Made by a program: the position numbers and the translations under genes. Under the pieces are notes generated by a model, which was given only the letters and a program-made list of their open reading frames with translations, was not told the DNA's origin and searched no databases. A stretch of 64,000 nt of DNA from an uncultured Chloroflexia bacterium (GTDB taxonomy: Bacteria; Chloroflexota; Limnocylindria; Limnocylindrales; CSP1-4). The stretch is taken from NCBI GenBank assembly GCA_963766735.1, contig CAVYBU010000003.1, forward strand, positions 128,001-192,000, read 5' to 3'. Positions 1-9,165 of the stretch are shown piece after piece (the stretch's first letter is position 1; the number at the start of each line of letters is the position of its first letter).

Positions 1-424
1 CGAACTCGTCGATCAGCTGCCGGTATGCGAGCGCCTCGTCGATCGGGTCGAGGTCCGCCCTCTGGACGTTCTCAACCAGCGCCACCTCGAGCTGATCGCG
101 ATCAGCCAGCTGGCGGACGAGGGCGGGTATCCGCTCCAGTCCAGCGAGCCGGGCTGCCCGCACGCGCCGTTCTCCGGCGATCAGCTGGTAGCCCTCGAGG
201 GTCTCGGTGACCAGCACCGGCTGGAGCACCCCGTGCTCCTTGATGCTGGCTGCGAGATCGGCCAGGTCGGAGTCGTCCCACCGGTGGCGCGGCTGGTGAG
301 GGTTGGGCGCCACGCGAGCGAGCGGCACGTCGAGGACGGAGGCCGCCGATTCCGTCCTCTGGGGGATCAGAGAGGCGAGGCCGCGACCCAATGCCGCGCC
401 ACCCCGGTCGGGTCGGACCGTCAC
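1..424 (-). CDS. parB: ParB/Spo0J chromosome partitioning protein (5' part; runs off left edge)
   Basis: Not in the ORF track; translated by hand from GTG 424, which overlaps the parA stop: MTVRPDRGGAALGRGLASLIP...PNPHQPR...LAASIKEHGVLQPVLV...YQLIAGERRVRAA...ALVENVQRADLDPIDEA. Contains the LGRGL, GERR and EN-x-QR ParB motifs. Confidence 0.95.
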   Translation of the reverse strand, partial: MTVRPDRGGAALGRGLASLIPQRTESAASVLDVPLARVAPNPHQPRHRWDDSDLADLAASIKEHGVLQPVLVTETLEGYQLIAGERRVRAARLAGLERIPALVRQLADRDQLEVALVENVQRADLDPIDEALAYRQLIDEF

Positions 425-1236
425 GCGACGGCTCCGGCGACGACCGATGCCGGCACCTCGACCCGCTCGAACGCTCCACGGCGGGTGCGGATCTCCCTGG
501 CAAGGCGCGCGTAGGCGTCGGCCCCCTTGGAATCCGGCCGGTAGAGCGCGATCGGGAGCCCGTGGCTCGGCGCCTCGGACAGCCGCACGCTGCGCGGGAC
601 GATCGTCTCGAAGACGGCCCCGTGCAGGTGGCGGCGGACCTCGGCAGCAACCTCGGAGGACAGGTTCGTGCGGGCATCGAACATCGTGAGCACAACGCCC
701 GTGATCTCGAGATCGGGGTTCAGGTGGTCTCGGACGAGGTTGATGGTCGCGATGAGCTGCGTGAGCCCCTCGAGCGCGTAGTACTCGCACTGGATCGGGA
801 CGAGCACGGCGTCCGCGCCGGTCAACGCGTTGACCGTGAGCAGGCCCAGGGATGGCGGGCAGTCGATGAGGATCCAGTCCCAGGCAGCCCTCTCCTGCTC
901 CACGGCCCGGCTGAGACGGCGCTCGCGTCCGGCGACGGGCGCCAACTCCACCTCGGCGCCGGCCAGCGAGATGGACGAGGGAACCAGCCGGAGACCGCCC
1001 ACCGGCGTGGCGACGTGCAGTTCCGAGAGCGGGCGCCCGTCGATGAGCGCGTCGTAGACCGACCCCGCGACGGCGGCACGATCGATGCCAAAGCCGCTCG
1101 TGGCGTTGCCTTGGGGATCGAGATCGATGACGAGGACGCGGTCACCGAGGAGAGCGAGATAGGTTGCGAGATTGACCACCGTCGTGGTTTTCCCGACGCC
1201 GCCCTTCTGGTTCGTGCAGGCGATCGTCCGGCCCAC
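421..1236 (-). CDS. parA: ParA/Soj ATPase
   Basis: NQKGGVGKTTT deviant Walker A, DLDPQGNAT, IDCPPSLG, IVPRSVRLSEAPSHG; SD GGGAGG upstream; coupled to parB. Confidence 0.97.
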   Translation of the reverse strand: MGRTIACTNQKGGVGKTTTVVNLATYLALLGDRVLVIDLDPQGNATSGFGIDRAAVAGSVYDALIDGRPLSELHVATPVGGLRLVPSSISLAGAEVELAPVAGRERRLSRAVEQERAAWDWILIDCPPSLGLLTVNALTGADAVLVPIQCEYYALEGLTQLIATINLVRDHLNPDLEITGVVLTMFDARTNLSSEVAAEVRRHLHGAVFETIVPRSVRLSEAPSHGLPIALYRPDSKGADAYARLAREIRTRRGAFERVEVPASVVAGAVA

Positions 1237-1384
1237 TCAGCCTCCCGCTCCAATCATTCCCATGAAGGTCAATTCTAGCATCGGAGGCCCGATTCTCGAT
1301 CGACCGAGCCCCTCCGCCGCGGTCCCCATGGTGCCGTCGTCCGCTTATCGTCCACTTACCCCGACCCCAGGCACCCGGTCGCGA

Positions 1385-1400
1385 TGTTTCACGTGCAACA
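1385..1400. promoter_or_regulatory. parS site 1
   Basis: TGTTTCACGTGCAACA, one mismatch to the parS consensus TGTTTCACGTGAAACA, directly upstream of parA. Confidence 0.9.
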
Positions 1401-1455
1401 GTGGAACCGGGCGCCTGATTGCGGACGTCCCGTCGGGCGACCAGCCCGGTCGCGA

Positions 1456-1471
1456 TGTTTCACGTGCAACA
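1456..1471. promoter_or_regulatory. parS site 2
   Basis: Identical TGTTTCACGTGCAACA; both sites lie in an exact 27-bp direct repeat (1374-1400, 1445-1471). Confidence 0.9.
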
Positions 1472-1605
1472 TGCAGTGGGCGTGACGATTGCTGGTTCCG
1501 GGGTCGCGTGGGATACTCACCAAGCGCAAGCTGTCACCCCGTCGTCGCGGTCGCCACCCGCCTGCACCCGACCGTCGGCTCGTCAGCCGAGGATCGAACG
1601 CCCCC

Positions 1606-2106
1606 ATGCATCTCATCATTGCCGCGGCTGCCGCGGTAGTCGCCGCGCTCGCCGAGTTCACGATCGTTCCCTACCTCCAGATCGGTGATGCCACCCTGCA
1701 CCCGGTCCTCGTCTTCGGGGTCATCTGGGCTCTCGCCGGGGGACTCGAAGCCGGTCTTGTCTGGGCCTTCGTCGGAGGCCTGGCGCTCGACATCCTGGGC
1801 CAGCGACCGCTCGGCTCGTCCGCATTCTCGGCTCTCATCGCCATCGGGATCGCCTCCCTCGTCGGCGGCCTCCTCAGCCGCGCACGGATCATCGCCCCCG
1901 TCATCGTCACGCCGATCGCGAGCATCGTCTACTCCATGCTTCTCCTCCTGACCACCACAGCCCTGACCAACGTGCCGCTCTCGAGCGAGGCGCTCAACGT
2001 CGTGGTTCCGTCTGCCGTGTACGACACGGTGCTCGCCGCACTGGTTGGCCCGCTTGTCGTGGCCATCGTCTGGCGCCGCCGCGAGGCCGAACGGGTGGAC
2101 TGGTGA
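1606..2106 (+). CDS. mreD: Rod shape-determining protein MreD
   Basis: Hydrophobic 166 aa protein with GLVWAFVGGLALDIL...RPLGSSAF; overlaps the mrdA start; start moved to ATG 1606 (GAGGA upstream). Confidence 0.85.
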   Translation: MHLIIAAAAAVVAALAEFTIVPYLQIGDATLHPVLVFGVIWALAGGLEAGLVWAFVGGLALDILGQRPLGSSAFSALIAIGIASLVGGLLSRARIIAPVIVTPIASIVYSMLLLLTTTALTNVPLSSEALNVVVPSAVYDTVLAALVGPLVVAIVWRRREAERVDW

Positions 2107-4004
2107 ACGACGCCTACCTGGTCCCACGCCCGGAGCGCGATCGTCGCCCGATCCGCTTCCTCGCGTTCGGGCTGGCGGCGATCGTGGTTTTCGGCCTCCT
2201 CACCACCCGGCTCGGATACCTGCAGCTGTCGAACGGGCGCGAGTACGCGGCGCAGGCGGAGGCGAACCGAACGGCGGAGGTGGCGGTGCCGGCACCTCGC
2301 GGCCTCATCTACGACCGAGCCGGCGAGCCGCTGGTCACCAATATCGCAACCTTCGCCGTGCGGATCACCCCGGCCAACCTCCCCTTCAGTCGCCGCGACG
2401 ACGTCGCGAGCCGTCTCGGGGGCCTGCTGGGCATCGAGGCGTCGGACATCATCACGACGCTCGACGGCACGCCTGGCTCGAGGTTCGACCCCGTTCGGAT
2501 TGCACAGGACGTCCCCGAGGACGTGGCACGCGTCGTCGCCGAATCGTCGGACGAGCTGCCCGGCGTCCGGGTCTCGGTCGAGACCCGACGGGAGTACCCG
2601 GACGGTCCGCTTCTCTCCCACATCCTCGGGTATACGGGACCCGTCGACGGTCCCACCCTCAAGAGGCTCGCTGACAGCGGGTACCTGCCCGACGACATGA
2701 TCGGCAAGGCCGGGGTGGAGGCGAGCTTCGAGTCGGCACTGCGCGGGACGTACGGCATTGAGCTGGTGGAGCGCGATGCCACCGGACGGGACCTCCAGGT
2801 GCTGCGGACCGAACAGGATGCGAAGCCGGGCGCATCACTGACGCTGACGATCGACCGGACCGTCCAGAAGGAAGCCACGGCCGCGCTCAAGTGGGGCATC
2901 AAGGCAGCAGGCCTCAAGCGCGGCGTGTTCATCGTCATGAACCCGCAGACCGGCGAGGTGCTCGCGCTTGTCAGCCTCCCCTCGTACGACAACAACCTGT
3001 TTGCGAAGGGGATCTCCAACAAGGACTTCCAGGCGCTCGTCGCGAACAAGGAGAAGCCCCTGACCAACCATGCGGTGCAGGCGCATTACCCGCCGGGCTC
3101 CACCTACAAGCTGGTCACCGGCACCGGCGCCATCCAGGACCGCAAGATCACGGCCGCGACGAAGATCCGGACGAAGCCCTACCTGCTCCTGGGATCGACC
3201 CGCTTCTATGACTGGAACCGCCGCGGCTTCGGGGCCTGCAACATGAACTGCGGGTTCGGGCACTCGTCCGACACGTACTTCTACCAGCTCGCGGGCATGC
3301 TCGGGGCGGATCGCCTGGCCTACTGGGGCAAGATGTACGGCTTTGGCACACCCACCGGCATCGACCTGCCGGGCGAGGCGGCCGGCATCGTGCCATCCAA
3401 CGAGTGGAAGATCGACGCCTTGGGCCAGCCGATGTTCGCCGGCGAGGTCTACCAGTCTGGCATCGGGCAGGGCTACGACGTCGTCACGCCGATCCAGCTG
3501 ATCAACGCTTTTGCCGCGCTGGCCAACGGCGGCAAGCTGTACCGCCCGCAGCTCGTCCGCGAGATCGTCGGGCCCGACGGCGAGGTCGTCCAGTCGTTTG
3601 AGCCGGATCTGATCCGGAAGTTGCCGGTCTCGGCCAAGACGCTGCGGTCGATGCGGCTGGCGGCCCGCTCCACCGTCACCCTCCGCCACACGTACAACCT
3701 GGTGGACATGCCCGTGAAGGTGGCCGGCAAGTCCGGCACGGCGGAGTTCGGGAACCGTGACAGCAAGGGTCGCCTGCCGTTCCACTCCTGGTTCGTCGGG
3801 TTCGTGCCCAAGGACCCGTACAAAGCCGACTTCACCAAGGCCACTTCCGAGCTGGTGTTCCTCGCCTTCGCCTACGACTCCCGGACAAAGGGCAACGCGG
3901 CGACGGAGATCGCAAAGGCGTTCCTCCAGAACCACTTCCACATCAAGAAGGACTACCTGAACCGCGACCTGCTCAAGCGCGGCAACTTCTACCAGAGCAA
4001 CTAG
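2103..4004 (+). CDS. mrdA: Penicillin-binding protein 2
   Basis: N-terminal TM, APRGLIYDR, GKAGVE, PGSTYK (SxxK), SSD, KSGTAE. Confidence 0.95.
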   Translation: MNDAYLVPRPERDRRPIRFLAFGLAAIVVFGLLTTRLGYLQLSNGREYAAQAEANRTAEVAVPAPRGLIYDRAGEPLVTNIATFAVRITPANLPFSRRDDVASRLGGLLGIEASDIITTLDGTPGSRFDPVRIAQDVPEDVARVVAESSDELPGVRVSVETRREYPDGPLLSHILGYTGPVDGPTLKRLADSGYLPDDMIGKAGVEASFESALRGTYGIELVERDATGRDLQVLRTEQDAKPGASLTLTIDRTVQKEATAALKWGIKAAGLKRGVFIVMNPQTGEVLALVSLPSYDNNLFAKGISNKDFQALVANKEKPLTNHAVQAHYPPGSTYKLVTGTGAIQDRKITAATKIRTKPYLLLGSTRFYDWNRRGFGACNMNCGFGHSSDTYFYQLAGMLGADRLAYWGKMYGFGTPTGIDLPGEAAGIVPSNEWKIDALGQPMFAGEVYQSGIGQGYDVVTPIQLINAFAALANGGKLYRPQLVREIVGPDGEVVQSFEPDLIRKLPVSAKTLRSMRLAARSTVTLRHTYNLVDMPVKVAGKSGTAEFGNRDSKGRLPFHSWFVGFVPKDPYKADFTKATSELVFLAFAYDSRTKGNAATEIAKAFLQNHFHIKKDYLNRDLLKRGNFYQSN

Positions 4005-4018
4005 GGGATCGCGACCCG

Positions 4019-5179
4019 ATGCGCGTGATGCGGGCGGAGCCAAACCGTTTCGCCGACATGACCTCGCGGTCGATCGGTGCGGCCTGGCGTTCCTATGACC
4101 TGCAGCTCACCACGTACGCGGCGTTGCTCGCGGCCATCGGCCTGGTCATGGCCTACACCAACAGCGTCGAGGCCGGCCAGTCGGTCCTCACGGGCGGAAC
4201 GGTCTTCTCGCGAGCCCTCATGTGGTCCGCGCTGGCCATGATCGTGTTCGTGCTGGTCACCCTGTTCGACTACCGGTGGTTCAAGACGCTGGCCTGGCCG
4301 ATCTACGGGATCAACGTCGGGCTGCTGATCCTGACCCTCGCCATCGGCGACGGTGTCGGCGGCTCGGCGCGCTGGGTGGCGGTCGGGCCGTTCACGTTCC
4401 AGTTCTCCGAGCTCGCGAAGATCCTGATGATGATCGTGCTGGCGACGTACCTCGGCAACCGGGAAGGCCACCTGGACTCGATTTCGGCGATCCTGGGCGC
4501 CTGCCTCCTCATGGGTCCGCCGTGGATCCTGGTCATGCTGCAGCCGGATCTGGGGACCTCCCTCGTCCTCGCCTCGATCCTCGCCGGGATGCTGTTCATG
4601 TCCGGGGCCAGCCTCCGCTGGCTCCTCGCGATGGCGGCCGGCGTGCTGGCGGCGATCCCATTGGCCTGGACGTACGTGCTGCGCGACTACCAGAAGGACC
4701 GGATCCTTTCGTTCCTGGATCCCTCCGCAGACGCGCAAGGGTCCGGCTGGCAGGTGATCCAGTCCCAGATCGCGGTCGGATCGGGCGGTTTCTTTGGCAC
4801 CGGTCTCACCAACGGCACCCAGAGCCGAGGCGAGTTCCTGCCGGTCCAGGAGAGCGACTTCGTGTTCGCCGTGCTCGCCCAGGAGCTGGGGTTCATCGGC
4901 GCGCTCGTCGTGTTCGTGCTGTTCGCCGCGCTGCTGTGGCGGATCCTCGCCTGCGCCTGGCGGTCGCGGGATCCGTTCGGGACCCTGTTCGGGGCCGGGC
5001 TGGCCACCATGGTGCTGTTCCAGGTCTTCGTCAACGTCGGCATGGTGATCGGGATCCTGCCGGTCACCGGCATCCCGCTGCCGTTCATCACGCACGGCGG
5101 GGCATCGCTGGTGAGCATCGCCATCGGACTGGGGATCGTGCAGAGCGTCAACATCCGCCAGCATCGCGCGGAGTGGTGA
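4019..5179 (+). CDS. rodA: SEDS family peptidoglycan glycosyltransferase RodA
   Basis: GSARW, FQFSELAK, LQPDLGT, IAVGSGG, LPVTGIPLPFITHGG; follows mrdA. Confidence 0.93.
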   Translation: MRVMRAEPNRFADMTSRSIGAAWRSYDLQLTTYAALLAAIGLVMAYTNSVEAGQSVLTGGTVFSRALMWSALAMIVFVLVTLFDYRWFKTLAWPIYGINVGLLILTLAIGDGVGGSARWVAVGPFTFQFSELAKILMMIVLATYLGNREGHLDSISAILGACLLMGPPWILVMLQPDLGTSLVLASILAGMLFMSGASLRWLLAMAAGVLAAIPLAWTYVLRDYQKDRILSFLDPSADAQGSGWQVIQSQIAVGSGGFFGTGLTNGTQSRGEFLPVQESDFVFAVLAQELGFIGALVVFVLFAALLWRILACAWRSRDPFGTLFGAGLATMVLFQVFVNVGMVIGILPVTGIPLPFITHGGASLVSIAIGLGIVQSVNIRQHRAEW

Positions 5180-5207
5180 CGGCAGCGGCGCTGGCAGCCA
5201 GTCGCAA

Positions 5208-5951
5208 TCAGCGCCGGCGGAAGAGCCCTCGCCGCTGAGGCTGGACGGGCGCCGTGGCCCGGCGTCCATGGGAGCGCAAGAGGCCGTCGATCTCGAATTG
5301 ATACGTCCGGCCGACCGGCATTCGCTCCAGCCACTCCAGGTATTCGAGATCCGTCCGTGCTATCTCGCCCAGCGTCCAGCCGGAGTACCGACCGAAGTTG
5401 AGGAGGCTCCCGGACGGGTTGCCCGGTGGCGGTCCGGCGGACCCGGCGCCCTGGGCAGTCCCCATCGTCCGCGGGTCGTAGCCCCCGCCGGCTGCCGAGC
5501 GTCCGGCCGACCAGTCGGGTGAGACGGGGTTTGAGTGGTGGCTTGACTGGCCCCCCGCATCGTGTCCGCCCTGGAACGGTGGCGTTGGTCGCCGACCCGG
5601 CGTTGCGGCACCCGTCACGCCCGATCCGCGCTCCCCACCCGTCGCTCGAGACTGTCCTGGGTAGTCGGTGGTTCCCGGTTGCGACCGGACGTGCCTGTGT
5701 GCGTTGGCGGCGGCCACGCGTGCCGCAGAGTCGGCGGCACGCGCCTGAGCCCTGTCCACGGCTGCACGACGGACCGGGTCCCGCAGCATCTCCCAGGCCT
5801 GGTTGATCTGGACCATGCGCTGTTGCGCGTCGGGTCCGGTCGTGACGTCCGGGTGGTACTCGCGGGCCAGCCTCCGGTAGGCCGCCCGGATGACATCGTG
5901 ATCGGCCTTGGGGTCAACCTGGAGGATCTTGTAGGGGTCGGGGCTGCTCAT
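5208..5951 (-). CDS. J-domain protein with small C-terminal FGRY-type domain
   Basis: DPYKILQV...IRAAYRRLAREYHPD...INQAWEMLRDPVRRAAVD (HPD motif); low-complexity linker; C-terminal LNFGRYSGWTLGEIARTDLEYLEWL. Start moved to ATG 5951. Confidence 0.85.
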   Translation of the reverse strand: MSSPDPYKILQVDPKADHDVIRAAYRRLAREYHPDVTTGPDAQQRMVQINQAWEMLRDPVRRAAVDRAQARAADSAARVAAANAHRHVRSQPGTTDYPGQSRATGGERGSGVTGAATPGRRPTPPFQGGHDAGGQSSHHSNPVSPDWSAGRSAAGGGYDPRTMGTAQGAGSAGPPPGNPSGSLLNFGRYSGWTLGEIARTDLEYLEWLERMPVGRTYQFEIDGLLRSHGRRATAPVQPQRRGLFRRR

Positions 5952-6077
5952 CGCAGCCCATCGGTGACCGCGCGGACCCGGCACCCGGACCCGCGGACGG
6001 AGCACGATCGCCCGGGCCGGATCGGTTGACCGGGATCCATCGGGACAGCAGGCCGCATCGGCGGCAGACTAGCACGC

Positions 6078-6890
6078 GTGACCGGCGACCCCGCACCCCC
6101 TCAGCCCACCCCTCTGCCGCCGCGGCAGCCTGTCCAGCGATGGCGGCTCGTCCTGGCTCGAGCCCCGCTTGCCCTGGGTGACGCCCAGCGATCGCAGCAG
6201 ACGGCCTGGGAGACTGCGCTCGCGGGATCTGGGCTTCCCGTGGCCGGGCTGGACGGGCCGCGAGGCCGGCCTCGCTTCGCCGCCGCCGCGCCGCTGGCCG
6301 CTGCCATCCCCGGCGAGGCGGAGCTGCTGGACGTGTGGCTCACGCAGCGGCTCCCGCGCTGGCGGGTCCGCGAGGCGCTGGCGGCCGTCCTCCCGCCCGG
6401 GCATTCGATGGGGGACGTATACGACGTATGGCTCGGCGAGGCGCCGCTGCCGGGACGCGTCACGGCCTCGGTCTACCGGGCCGTCCTGCCGCCGGACGCC
6501 GACCCCGCGGCCGTCCGGGCTGCGGCCGAAGCGCTTCTCGCTGCGGGGGCGCTCCCGCGCGAGCGGCGGAAGGGTGAGGCCATGATCGCCTACGACCTGC
6601 GGCCGTTCGTGCAGGCGATCGAGGTCGCGGAGGTCGATGCCGTCCCCGGCGGCGGCATCCCGATCGTGGGCCCGACCCTCCGGATGACGCTCCGGCACGA
6701 TCCCGAGAAGGGCATTGGCCGGCCCGAGGACCTCCTTGCCGCGCTCGAGGAGCAGGTGGGGTTCGCCCTGGAGATCCGCTCTCTCGTCCGCGAGCGGCTG
6801 GTCCTGGCGGCGTTGCCCGTCGCGGAGGAACCGGGGCCGCGACGTCGACGAACGCTCCCCGTCCGGGCGCCAGCGGGTCGCGCTTCGTAG
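6078..6890 (+). CDS. DUF2344 / TIGR03936-type radical SAM-associated protein
   Basis: SGLPVA...PRPRFAAAAPL...GEAELLDVWL...ERRKG...YDLRPFV...GRPEDLL pattern typical of DUF2344. Confidence 0.7.
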   Translation: MTGDPAPPQPTPLPPRQPVQRWRLVLARAPLALGDAQRSQQTAWETALAGSGLPVAGLDGPRGRPRFAAAAPLAAAIPGEAELLDVWLTQRLPRWRVREALAAVLPPGHSMGDVYDVWLGEAPLPGRVTASVYRAVLPPDADPAAVRAAAEALLAAGALPRERRKGEAMIAYDLRPFVQAIEVAEVDAVPGGGIPIVGPTLRMTLRHDPEKGIGRPEDLLAALEEQVGFALEIRSLVRERLVLAALPVAEEPGPRRRRTLPVRAPAGRAS

Positions 6891-7058
6891 CGGAGCCTTG
6901 ACCCGCGGCGGCGACCCGGCTGCAGATGACGCACGGGCGCTTTGACGCACGTGGCCGTTCCGCTCTACACTCTCCGTTCGCGCCCGCGATGGTCGCAGGC
7001 GTATCTCCGTGTCCGCGCCGCGATCCCCCGCGGCCGCCATCGCTCTTTCCGAGGACCC

Positions 7059-7730
7059 ATGTACGCAGTCATCGAGACCGGCGGGAAGCAGTACCGCGTC
7101 GAGGTCGGCACCGAGCTCGAGGTGGAGCTGCTCGACGTCGAGCCCGGCCAGTCGATCACGCTGGAGCGCGTGCTCCTTGTCGCCGACGGAGCCGAGGCCG
7201 CCATCGGCACCCCCATGGTGGACGGCGCGGCCGTCGAGGCCGAGGTCGTCGGCCAGACCCGCGGTGACAAGGTCATCGCGTTCAAGTACCGCCCGAAGGC
7301 CCGCCGCCGCGTGAAGAAGGGCCACCGCCAGGATCTGACGGTGCTCCGTATCGCGGACATCCGCTTCAACGGCAAGAGCGCCGCGGAGGGCGTCGAGAAG
7401 CCGGCGAGCAGCAAGGCTGCCGAGCGCCGGATGATCGAGGAGGCCGCGGCCCGCCAGGCGGCCGAGGACGCTGCCCTCGCCGCCAAGCTCGCGGCGACTG
7501 CTGCGCCCACCAAGGAGCCCACAGCACCAAAGCGCACCCGCACCAAGGCGGCCCCCGCCGAGACGCCCGCAGAGGCGGTGGCCCCCGAGGCCGGCGAAGC
7601 CGCGACAGCCGAGGCCGGCGAAGCCGTGACAGCCGAGGCTGCACCGGCGACCGAGAAGGCCCCGAAGGCAAAGAAGACCCCGGCAGCGGCGCCGCGCAAG
7701 CGGACCACCGCCGCGAAGAAGGACGAGTAA
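7059..7730 (+). CDS. rplU: 50S ribosomal protein bL21 with long Ala/Glu/Lys-rich C-terminal extension
   Basis: MYAVIETGGKQYRV...KGHRQDLT; SD GAGGA; start ATG 7059. Confidence 0.97.
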   Translation: MYAVIETGGKQYRVEVGTELEVELLDVEPGQSITLERVLLVADGAEAAIGTPMVDGAAVEAEVVGQTRGDKVIAFKYRPKARRRVKKGHRQDLTVLRIADIRFNGKSAAEGVEKPASSKAAERRMIEEAAARQAAEDAALAAKLAATAAPTKEPTAPKRTRTKAAPAETPAEAVAPEAGEAATAEAGEAVTAEAAPATEKAPKAKKTPAAAPRKRTTAAKKDE

Positions 7731-7733
7731 GCG

Positions 7734-8015
7734 ATGGCCCACAAGAAGGCAGGCGGCAGCGTCAAGAACGGCCGCGACAGCGCTGGTCAGAGACTCGGCG
7801 TCAAGGCCGGCGACGGCCAGCTGGTCCGGTCCGGCTCGATCATCGTGCGCCAGCGCGGGATGACGTTCAAGGCGGGCGAGGGCACCGGGCTCGGCCATGA
7901 CTACACGATCTTCGCCAAGGTTGACGGGCGCGTGCGCTTCGAGCACGAGACCCGCGACAAGAAGCGCGTCCGCGTGATCCCGGTTGCGGTCGAGCAGGCC
8001 GCGGCCGAGGCCTAG
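7734..8015 (+). CDS. rpmA: 50S ribosomal protein bL27
   Basis: [16 protein letters not shown]...RLGVK...IIVRQRG...DYTIFA. Confidence 0.98.
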   Translation: MAHKKAGGSVKNGRDSAGQRLGVKAGDGQLVRSGSIIVRQRGMTFKAGEGTGLGHDYTIFAKVDGRVRFEHETRDKKRVRVIPVAVEQAAAEA

Positions 8016-8087
8016 AACCTCTCCGCCCAGCCACAGCGGCGACCACCGGCGGGCCTGACCCGCACGGACGGCGCCTGAGGAGCCCCC

Positions 8088-8300
8088 GTGAAGCCCAATA
8101 CGCACCCCAAGTACCACCTCGCGAAGATCCACTGCGGTTCGTGCGGCCTGGATTTCGAGCTCGGCTCCACGCGCGAGGAATTGCGCGTGGACGTCTGCAG
8201 CAACTGCCACCCGTTCTTCACCGGCAAGCAGAACATCATCGACACTGCCGGCCAGGTCGAGCGCTTCCAGCGCCGCATGGAGCGCCAGGCCCGCGCCTGA
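8088..8300 (+). CDS. rpmE: 50S ribosomal protein bL31 (Zn-binding form)
   Basis: MKPNTHPKY...CGSCG...DVCSNCHPFFTGKQ...GQVERF. Confidence 0.97.
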   Translation: MKPNTHPKYHLAKIHCGSCGLDFELGSTREELRVDVCSNCHPFFTGKQNIIDTAGQVERFQRRMERQARA

Positions 8301-8339
8301 CGCCGGGCGGGGATCTCCCCCGTCCCCCCGTGGCAACCC

Positions 8340-8365
8340 GAACGGCGCCCGCCAGGGCGCCGTTC
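8340..8365. terminator. Hairpin between convergent rpmE and ABC permease
   Basis: GAACGGCGCCC-GCCA-GGGCGCCGTTC, perfect 11-bp stem; no strong U-tract. Confidence 0.55.
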
Positions 8366-8391
8366 CTGATTCGCGGTCCCGGACGACTCGG

Positions 8392-9165
8392 CTACAGCTC
8401 CCGGTGCCGGAACACCGCGATCGCTCCCCCCAGCGCGGCCGCGATCAGGACGAGGGACCCGATCACGGCGGTCGCGAGGCGTGCGCCATCCACCGCCGCA
8501 CCGGTGCCCGCCGCCAGCTCGATCGCCGGGACCGTCAGCCCTGTTGGCAGGAACCGGTCGAGAGCGGGGGAGATGGCCAGCAGTCCGATGCCGACCAGGG
8601 CGACGAACCCGAGACCTGCAGCGGCCATGGTGGAGCCCGTGACCGCCGACGCGAGGAACGTCAGTGATGCCCAGGCGACAAGCGACAGCCATGACAGCGC
8701 GGCCATCGCGAGCCAGCCGCCGATGGGGAGAGGCTCGAACAGGATCGCCGTGTAGACCCAGGCCACGACGCATGCCAGCAGCGTCGCGATCCCGAGCACG
8801 ATTGCGATCGCGAGCAGCTTCGCCGCCAGGAATGCGGGGCGCCCCACCGGCTGGGCGAGCACCATCGCGACCGTCCCCCGGTCCAGCTCTCCCGAGACGC
8901 TGCCCATCGCAAGCGCGATCGCGGCCAGCGCGCCGAGCTGTCCCATGTTCTTCTGGAGCTGCTCCAGGGCCATTGCGGCCGTGGGTTCAGGCAGGATCAT
9001 GGGGAGCTGGTCGCCGAGCGCCAGGTCCAGGATCTCATTCAGGTACCGGGCGGTCAGCGGCGACAGGATGCCGATGACGAGGAACATCACCGCGAGAACG
9101 GGAAGGCGCCGTGTCCGCCACGACTCCATGAGTTCCTTGCGCAGGAGGATGCCAAACCCGCTCAT
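8392..9165 (-). CDS. ABC-2 type exporter permease (YxlG-like)
   Basis: LLRKELMESWRT, multiple TM helices, SGELDRGT...LAQPVGR...FLAAK. Confidence 0.9.
   Translation of the reverse strand: MSGFGILLRKELMESWRTRRLPVLAVMFLVIGILSPLTARYLNEILDLALGDQLPMILPEPTAAMALEQLQKNMGQLGALAAIALAMGSVSGELDRGTVAMVLAQPVGRPAFLAAKLLAIAIVLGIATLLACVVAWVYTAILFEPLPIGGWLAMAALSWLSLVAWASLTFLASAVTGSTMAAAGLGFVALVGIGLLAISPALDRFLPTGLTVPAIELAAGTGAAVDGARLATAVIGSLVLIAAALGGAIAVFRHREL

Noticed and set aside
1374-1471. 27-bp direct repeat as a mini CRISPR array or att site
   Set aside because: Only two copies, the core is a parS palindrome, and no cas or integrase genes are present.
1240-1600. oriC
   Set aside because: No cluster of TTATCCACA boxes or AT-rich unwinding element, and no dnaA in the window.
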